From assembly GCA_029932675.1 (NCBI GenBank), contig JAOZPP010000003.1, forward strand, positions 10,079 through 74,078: a stretch of DNA of 64,000 nt, written 5' to 3'. The position numbers and the translations under genes are program-made. The notes below the pieces were generated by a model. It was not told where the DNA came from, searched no databases, and was given only the letters and a program-made list of their open reading frames with translations. Shown piece by piece: positions 57,966-64,000 of this stretch (its first letter is position 1; the number at the start of each line of letters is the position of its first letter). This stretch comes from a bacterium (lineage in GTDB: Bacteria > SM23-81 > DAOVCL01).

Positions 57966-58923
57966 AATCAGTCCCCAGGTATTCTTCGGACTCGCTCTTG
58001 CGTTGAATCTCTTCGGTTAACTTCTGTCTAAATAACATTGCTGAATCATGGCCATATATCCTCAGGATATGGTTCATAGCTACCACCTCAGATATAACCG
58101 TTATATTCTTACCCGGGGAGATGGGTATAGTTACCAGAGGGATTCTTACCCCCAAAATGGTAGTATAGTTTTCCTCCAGACCCAGCCTCTCATATTCTCC
58201 CCTTTCCTCCCAGTAGACGAGTCTGACCTCAACCTCAATCCTCTTCTGCCCCCTGATTGCCCTGATACCAAATAGTTTCTCGATATCGATTATTCCCACT
58301 CCCCTTATCTCCATCCTATGTCCGAGAAGTTTGCCCCCCCTTCCCACTATAACCCCTGGAGCGATCTTGATCACCTTCACCACATCATCGGCAACTAAGC
58401 GATGGCCCCGTTCTACCAGATCTAAGGCGCACTCACTCTTGCCTATCCCACTCTTGCCTGTATAAAGAAGGCCGATTCCATAGACATCCACCAGGGTCCC
58501 GTGGATGGTGGTCTGCGGGGCGAAGAGGTGATCGAGCCAGAAGGATGCCTTCTGGACAAATTCGGTAGTAGAGAGGCTGGTCCCCAGAACGGGTATCTCG
58601 TGCTCCGTGGCTACTTCCAAAAGGACTGGGGGAGGTTCAAGCCCCTTGGTTACAATGACACAGGGCAGCTCTGTAGCGAATATCCTTCTTAGAACGGCCT
58701 TGGTCTCCTCTGCTGGTTTCTGTCTGAGATAAGTTATCTCTGTCTCCCCCAAGACCTGGACCCTATTCTGAGGGAACCTCTCGATAAATCCGGTCAGTGC
58801 CAATCCAGGTCGGTGGATACCGCTAGAGATCAATCTCCTTTTTAGGCCCGAGGGGCCATTGAGAAGGTAGAGCCCCAAGAGCTTCCTCTTCTTATAGAGG
58901 TCTTCTACGGTGTAATCCCCCAT
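57958..58923 (-). CDS. hprK: HPr kinase/phosphorylase
   Basis: P-loop GKSGIGKSECALDL and the HprK C-terminal signature. Confidence 0.9.
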   Translation of the reverse strand: MGDYTVEDLYKKRKLLGLYLLNGPSGLKRRLISSGIHRPGLALTGFIERFPQNRVQVLGETEITYLRQKPAEETKAVLRRIFATELPCVIVTKGLEPPPVLLEVATEHEIPVLGTSLSTTEFVQKASFWLDHLFAPQTTIHGTLVDVYGIGLLYTGKSGIGKSECALDLVERGHRLVADDVVKVIKIAPGVIVGRGGKLLGHRMEIRGVGIIDIEKLFGIRAIRGQKRIEVEVRLVYWEERGEYERLGLEENYTTILGVRIPLVTIPISPGKNITVISEVVAMNHILRIYGHDSAMLFRQKLTEEIQRKSESEEYLGTDYE

Positions 58924-59253
58924 TTACTCCTCCGGGGCAAGCTGCTCCTCAACCTTGGAGTTCTGCTTATGGTTACGGAGTTTCGCTTTATACCTCTTGA
59001 TCCGCCTCTCCATCTTCTCTACCACCTCGTCTATGGCTGAGTACATATCATCGGATTCTGCCCTACTGGCTAAATCAGTCCCCCAGACATGGATCACTAA
59101 CTCAACAGCTTGCCTATGCTTCTCCACGGAGAGGATCATATGACCCCTTATCAAGTGATCGAAATACTTCTTGAGGGTAAAGACTTCCTTCTGAGCATAG
59201 TCCCTTAAAGCATCGGTCAACTCAAAGTGGCGGGCAGTGATCTTGATGTCCAT
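58924..59253 (-). CDS. hpf: Ribosome hibernation promoting factor (sigma-54 modulation protein / RaiA family)
   Basis: MDIKITARHFELTDALRDYAQKEV... resembles the HPF fold. Located directly downstream of rpoN. Confidence 0.9.
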   Translation of the reverse strand: MDIKITARHFELTDALRDYAQKEVFTLKKYFDHLIRGHMILSVEKHRQAVELVIHVWGTDLASRAESDDMYSAIDEVVEKMERRIKRYKAKLRNHKQNSKVEEQLAPEE

Positions 59254-59421
59254 TTTACCCTCCTTATATAGCTTAATATTTTTGGATACGAAACCAGATC
59301 TATGGGGAACTTAATTCCTGCCGGTTATCTTTCTGGATTCCCCCTGTGGGGACGAACTTTAGCCCTGTTCGATGAAGCGAGCCTCTCCCTACGAGTGATA
59401 GGAATAGAAGAACCTGAGTTT

Positions 59422-60816
59422 TCATCCACCGATCTTCATTCTAAACCTTGCCGGGAGAATCTTCAATTGTTCCCTATATTTAGCCACGGTGCGCCGGGCG
59501 AGATTTATCCCCCTTTTCTTCAACTCAGCAACAATGGCGTTGTCGTTTAAAGGATGTGCAGGATCCTCCTCCTCGATTATCTTCTTGATGAGCTCCAATA
59601 GGCTCTGAGTGGAAACCCCCTCTTCAGTGCCCTCAACCTTGCGTCCAAAGAAAGATCTCAACTCAAATATCCCTTGGGGGGTCTGAACCCATTTGTCATT
59701 GACCACCCGGGATATCGTGGAGAGGTGAACACCTACCTCATTGGCCACTTCCCCCATAACGAGGGGCTTGAGAGCAGAGGGGCCTTTTTCCAGGAAGTCT
59801 CGTTGTCGCCTCATAATGCTCTTGGCCACATTGAGCATAGTGTTCCTCCTCTGTTGGAGGGCTTTAACTAACCACCTGGCTGAATTCAACTTCTCCTCTA
59901 CATATCTTTTCGTTTCCTCTGAGGCTGGGCCTGACTTCTGGAGGAGTTCTTTATATTTTCGGTTTATCCTTAGCTTAGGGAGGTTCCCATCGTTGAGAAA
60001 GACCTCATAATCATCCCCCACCTTCTTGACTATGATGTCCGGATAGATTTCCGCCGCAGGGGAGGCGAATTCACCGGAGGCAGGTTTGGGGGATAGCCGA
60101 GAGATCTTCTCCAAAGCCTTCTGCACTTCTTCGGGGGTGACTTTAAGTTTTTTCGCCAGTTGGGTGGGGGTCTTCCGATCTAAGAGGTGGAGGTATTCCC
60201 CGATTATCTTCTTTACCAACTCATCGCTTATGCCCAGTTCTTTTACCTGGATAAGAAGACATTCCCTCAGGTCCCTGGCCCCCACGCCAGGAGGATCGAA
60301 GGTCTGAATGATGGAGAGGAGTTTCTGGCACTTCTCCAGAGGCTTCTGGAGGATGGCGGCGATTCCCTCTAATGGATAGGAAAGGTAACCTTCATCGTCT
60401 ATGTTGCCAATTATGAACTCCCCGATTTCGAACTCCTCCTTGCTTAGGTCCTTCAACCTAAGCTGACTGAGGAGGTGATCATAAAGGGTTTCTTGGTAAA
60501 CGGGAACCCTTGCCTTAACCTCCTCCTCCGGGGCTTTGGGTTCCTGTGGCCCACCGAAGTCGAATCCCTCCTCTAAGAACTTCTCCCAATCTACCTCCTC
60601 CTCGCCCAGTTCAAGCTCTTCCTCTGGCTCCTCTTCAGCTTCTTCCTCAGAGGGTTCCTCCTCGGCTTCCTCCACCTCCTCCAAAAGGGGATTGGTGGCC
60701 AGTTCTTGCCGGAGGACCTGCTCCAGCTTGAGAGTGGAATACTGTAAGAGCTTCAGAGCCTGGATGAACTGGGGGGTGAGCTTTAAAAGCAGCGACGATT
60801 CTAAGTCAGCTTTCAT
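59422..60816 (-). CDS. rpoN: RNA polymerase sigma-54 factor
   Basis: An acidic region, the core-binding domain, and the C-terminal RpoN box ARRTVAKYRE. Confidence 0.95.
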   Translation of the reverse strand: MKADLESSLLLKLTPQFIQALKLLQYSTLKLEQVLRQELATNPLLEEVEEAEEEPSEEEAEEEPEEELELGEEEVDWEKFLEEGFDFGGPQEPKAPEEEVKARVPVYQETLYDHLLSQLRLKDLSKEEFEIGEFIIGNIDDEGYLSYPLEGIAAILQKPLEKCQKLLSIIQTFDPPGVGARDLRECLLIQVKELGISDELVKKIIGEYLHLLDRKTPTQLAKKLKVTPEEVQKALEKISRLSPKPASGEFASPAAEIYPDIIVKKVGDDYEVFLNDGNLPKLRINRKYKELLQKSGPASEETKRYVEEKLNSARWLVKALQQRRNTMLNVAKSIMRRQRDFLEKGPSALKPLVMGEVANEVGVHLSTISRVVNDKWVQTPQGIFELRSFFGRKVEGTEEGVSTQSLLELIKKIIEEEDPAHPLNDNAIVAELKKRGINLARRTVAKYREQLKILPARFRMKIGG

Positions 60817-60828
60817 TCCTCCACCTTT

Positions 60829-61557
60829 CTACTCCAATTTAAACCTCTCGCCCAAGTAGACCCTCTTGGCTTCCTCATCCTGGGCAAGTTCCCGGGCGGG
60901 GCCGGATTTAAGGATCCTACCTGTGGACATAATATAAGCACGATCGGTTATCTGGAGGGTCTCCCTTACATTGTGATCCGTGATGAGGATTCCTATCCCC
61001 TTTTCTTTGAGCCGGGAGATTATCCCTTGGATATCCTCTACGGCGAGGGGATCAACCCCTAAGAATGGCTCATCCAAGAGGATAAATTTGGGATCAGTGA
61101 CCAGCGCCCTGGTTATCTCCACTCTCCTTCGTTCCCCTCCAGATAGGTTGTAAGCCTTAGCTTTAGCTAAAGGGGCCAGATCAAGCTCCTCCAGGAGGGA
61201 TTTCAACCTCCTCTTTTCCTCCTCTGGAGGGAGCCTCAAGGTCTGCAGGATAGCGAGGATATTTTCCTCCACGGTAAGCTTGCGGAAGATGGATGGCTCC
61301 TGGGGAAGATATCCTATCCCGAGGCGGGCCCTTTTATACATAGGCAAAGAGGTGATCTCCTTTTCGTCTAAGAAGACCCTCCCTCCGTCGGGCCTGATCA
61401 GACCCACGATCATATAGAATGTGGTGGTCTTTCCAGCCCCGTTTGGGCCTAAAAGCCCGACAACCTCCCCCATTTTTATTTCTATGCTCACCTGATCAAC
61501 GACCCTTCTCCTCCGGTAGATCTTAACCAGGCCCTCGCACCTCAACCATTGGTTCAT
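60829..61557 (-). CDS. lptB: LPS export ABC transporter ATP-binding protein
   Basis: Walker [10 protein letters not shown], the ABC signature LSGGERRR, and Walker B ILLDEP. Confidence 0.95.
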   Translation of the reverse strand: MNQWLRCEGLVKIYRRRRVVDQVSIEIKMGEVVGLLGPNGAGKTTTFYMIVGLIRPDGGRVFLDEKEITSLPMYKRARLGIGYLPQEPSIFRKLTVEENILAILQTLRLPPEEEKRRLKSLLEELDLAPLAKAKAYNLSGGERRRVEITRALVTDPKFILLDEPFLGVDPLAVEDIQGIISRLKEKGIGILITDHNVRETLQITDRAYIMSTGRILKSGPARELAQDEEAKRVYLGERFKLE

Positions 61558-62105
61558 AGCCCCTCATCTATATGCAGGCCCTTTATCCTTCCCTTAATTT
61601 CCGACCTAATCTTTATCTGCTTGAGCTCGGGATCTGCCTCCATCCCTTTCCCAGTAACTACATTCCCCCCTCTGCTTATCTTTACCAGCGAATCTGTATA
61701 TATCCGATTGGTGCGAGAATTCCATTTTAAAGAAGGGGTTTCCAACCTCAACCCCTCTGAGGTGACTACCACCACCTTACCCCTGGCTTCTATCTCTTCC
61801 TTTCCCCCCCGTACTACCCCCTCCTGAGAGGTCAATATGGAGGAGAGCTTGCCCTCGCGGTCGTAGAATTTTGTCCTCACCCCTTGGAGGATGTCTTCCC
61901 CTCCCTTGAGGTATTTGGATATGCGGTCTGCATAAATAACTGCTGTCGTCGTTCCCTCCGTAGAGAAGGTGATAGTTGATTCTTCCAGAATCTGGTCGGG
62001 CTGGGCTGGGGTATTTCTTCCCGTTTTTGGGGTCTCTTTTCCGCATCCCCAGCAAAGGAGGGGAATAAGGATCAAGACATTATAGCGTATTAATTCGCCA
62101 ACCAA
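61554..62105 (-). CDS. LptC/LptA-family (OstA-like) periplasmic LPS transport protein
   Basis: A membrane or lipid anchor at the N-terminus, an OstA-like beta-jellyroll length of about 180 aa, and a position between lpxL-like and lptB that matches the lptC/lptA locus. Confidence 0.5.
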   Translation of the reverse strand: MVGELIRYNVLILIPLLCWGCGKETPKTGRNTPAQPDQILEESTITFSTEGTTTAVIYADRISKYLKGGEDILQGVRTKFYDREGKLSSILTSQEGVVRGGKEEIEARGKVVVVTSEGLRLETPSLKWNSRTNRIYTDSLVKISRGGNVVTGKGMEADPELKQIKIRSEIKGRIKGLHIDEGL

Positions 62106-62959
62106 TTAGCCCCCATCCAGGCCCAATGGGTAGGGTATCGACGGATGAACTCCTCCAGGATTTCCACCCATCTCCCCACTAAAGTGGTCAACTCCCCCGC
62201 GGGCTCAATTGGCTGCCCCACCTCTATGAGGTGGAAGTTCTTTTCCAGGTGGATGAATAAGGGGACAAGGGGGCAGCCCACCTTCTGGGCCAGAAGGAAT
62301 GGCCCTAAAGGGATGAGTATTTTTCTTCCAAATAGAGGAAAAGCTCCACGTCTTACCCCCTTACCTCCTCTGTCGGCAAGCACTCCCACCACTTCCCCCC
62401 TTTTTAAGGTTGCTAAAAGCGGCTTAGCCCCTTGGGAGACCGTGACGTTTCGCTCCTTCCACTGCTCCCTATATTCCACAAGGAGTCTATCTAACCGGGA
62501 ATCATAGAGTCTTCTTCCCACTACGGTTATGGGATAACCCTTCCAGGAGAGCCAGGCGGCGATGAGCTCCCAGTTGCCCAGGTGGGCGGTAAGCCCCACC
62601 ACCCCCTTACCCCTGCGATAGGCCTCCTTAAACCTCTCCCAGCCCTTTACCCTCACTAAGCCCTCTCTGAAATCCCTTGGTCCTGCCCTCCTTAATGTGT
62701 CAACGGCATTACGTCCTAAGTTGAAAAAGACTTCTCTGGCGAGTTCCTTGCTCTCCTTAGGTCCCATTCCGAAGGCCATCTTTAGACCTTTCAATGTTTT
62801 TCTTCTTTGCTCTCTAAGAAGGAAATAAATCAGTTTCCCCAATAGGCCGCAGAACTTAAGGGAGAACGAGCGTGAAGTAGCCCTATTGAATCGAATAAGC
62901 CACTTGGTGAACAGATAAATGGCATAATTCTTAATCCTCTTCTTGAACCTCCACCCCAT
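62090..62959 (-). CDS. Lipid A biosynthesis acyltransferase (LpxL/LpxM/HtrB, LPLAT family)
   Basis: An N-terminal TM segment and LPLAT-like motifs (HLGNWE). Confidence 0.7.
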   Translation of the reverse strand: MGWRFKKRIKNYAIYLFTKWLIRFNRATSRSFSLKFCGLLGKLIYFLLREQRRKTLKGLKMAFGMGPKESKELAREVFFNLGRNAVDTLRRAGPRDFREGLVRVKGWERFKEAYRRGKGVVGLTAHLGNWELIAAWLSWKGYPITVVGRRLYDSRLDRLLVEYREQWKERNVTVSQGAKPLLATLKRGEVVGVLADRGGKGVRRGAFPLFGRKILIPLGPFLLAQKVGCPLVPLFIHLEKNFHLIEVGQPIEPAGELTTLVGRWVEILEEFIRRYPTHWAWMGANWLAN

Positions 62960-63021
62960 TGTCAGGCTTTATTCCATCTTCGAATTTGGGATTCCATTGC
63001 TGAGATCACACCGCAGATGGT

Positions 63022-63978
63022 TTAAAAAACTCCTGATCGCAAGATGTCGTGTAGGTGAATTATGCCTATGGGTTTTTTCCTCTCATCGACGACCACCAAA
63101 CAGGTTATTCCATGCTTCTCCATCAACCTGAGGGCCTCGGCGGCAAGCTTCTCCTTCCGTATGATCTTGGGATTGGCGATCATTACATCCCTAACCTTAA
63201 GGCCGAATATATCCTTCCTCCTCTCCAAAAGCCTCCCTAAGTCTCCATAGACAAATATCCCGCAGAGAGTCCCATCCTCATCCACTACAGTGGTTACCCC
63301 CCTGTTCCCAGTCAAGACCAATATGGTATCCATCATCGGGGTATCCTTGGCCACAATAGGGACATCTTTGTCTTTAAGCATCAAGTCCTCTACTGTAAGG
63401 AGTAACCTTCTTCCAATGCTTCCTCCCGGATGGAAGTGGGCTAGATCCTCTGGGCCAAATCCCCTTCTCTCCAAGATGGCAATGGCTAAAGCATCCCCCA
63501 TTACCATAGCGGCAGTAGTGCTGGTTGTGGGGATAAGGTCATTGGACCCCGCCTCGTTATCCACGCTACAATCCAAGGTTATGTCGCTCTTGGTGGCCAA
63601 GAGGGAATTAGGATTTCCGGAGAGGGAGATGATGGGAACACCTAACCTGCGAAAGAGGGGAAGGAGCCTGAGAAGCTCATCGGTGTCGCCGCTTTTGGAG
63701 ATCATCACCACCACATCGTCCCTCTGAACTAATCCCAGATCTCCGTGTGCCCCTTCGGCAGCGTGGAGAAAGAAGGCCGCAGTGCCCGTGGAAGAAAGGG
63801 TGGAGGCAAGCTTTTGGGCCACTATACCTGATTTACCCATACCGGTGACAATCACCCTGCCCTGGCACTCCATAATAAGATCAACGGCTCGCTCAAAGCT
63901 CTCATCCACTTTGAGGGAGAGTTCCTCTATGGCCTTAGCCTCTTCTCGGATTACCTCTTTGGCCCGCTGGATACTCAT
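63022..63978 (-). CDS. kdsD: Arabinose-5-phosphate isomerase (KpsF/GutQ family; SIS plus tandem CBS domains)
   Basis: SIS domain (GMGKSGIVAQKLASTLSSTGT) and a C-terminal CBS pair. Confidence 0.9.
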   Translation of the reverse strand: MSIQRAKEVIREEAKAIEELSLKVDESFERAVDLIMECQGRVIVTGMGKSGIVAQKLASTLSSTGTAAFFLHAAEGAHGDLGLVQRDDVVVMISKSGDTDELLRLLPLFRRLGVPIISLSGNPNSLLATKSDITLDCSVDNEAGSNDLIPTTSTTAAMVMGDALAIAILERRGFGPEDLAHFHPGGSIGRRLLLTVEDLMLKDKDVPIVAKDTPMMDTILVLTGNRGVTTVVDEDGTLCGIFVYGDLGRLLERRKDIFGLKVRDVMIANPKIIRKEKLAAEALRLMEKHGITCLVVVDERKKPIGIIHLHDILRSGVF

Positions 63979-64000
63979 CTCTTAGCCTCCAGGATGAGCT

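Noticed and set aside
63979-64000. Possible 3' end of another minus-strand gene at the window edge
   Set aside because: Only about 6 codons are visible, which is too short to call.

Overview
This 64-kb window is a gene-dense contig from a diderm bacterium. Many proteins carry T9SS-type C-terminal sorting domains (TIGR04183-like tails), and there is a kdsD-lpxL-lptC-lptB-rpoN-hpf-hprK cluster, so an FCB-group or candidate-phylum genome is the best fit. That phylogenetic placement is inference. GC is about 50-58% in the core, with clearly lower-GC patches of about 35-42% at roughly 45.4-53.4 kb and 22.1-24.5 kb.

Core content:
- A heat-shock pair, hsp20-lon.
- A Memo-like/M23/udk/radical-SAM operon.
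- Two aminotransferases.
- A pepP-efp-accB-pilT-accC-nrdD operon.
- phoH, a 7TM-HD hydrolase, ybeY, corC and tRNA-fMet.
- aspS-hisS.
- The lpt/rpoN/hpf/hprK/mlaD cluster.

Accessory or unusual content:
- An SF2 DExH helicase, translationally overlapped by a truncated upstream ORF at the window edge.
- A hicB-hicA toxin-antitoxin pair flanked by direct copies of a roughly 35-nt hairpin element. This element belongs to a small GTCAG...CTGAC stem-loop repeat family that shows compensatory covariation.
- An Omp85-type beta-barrel fused to a PD40 beta-propeller and an HExxH module, adjacent to a BamB-like PQQ propeller.
- An anaerobic RNR (nrdD) whose glycyl-radical segment sits on a separate 56-aa ORF, with a TAA-a-ATG junction.
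- A low-GC operon of T9SS cargo proteins. It includes FG-GAP/VCBS adhesin-like giants, an M23 peptidase with a T9SS tail, a PD40 propeller and a candidate beta-barrel, with a divergent XRE regulator.
- A neighbouring GC-rich 1004-aa protein with tandem duplicated domains, an MBL fold, a lamin-tail domain and a T9SS tail, which is a candidate secreted nuclease.

No CRISPR array, transposase or integrase was recognised.
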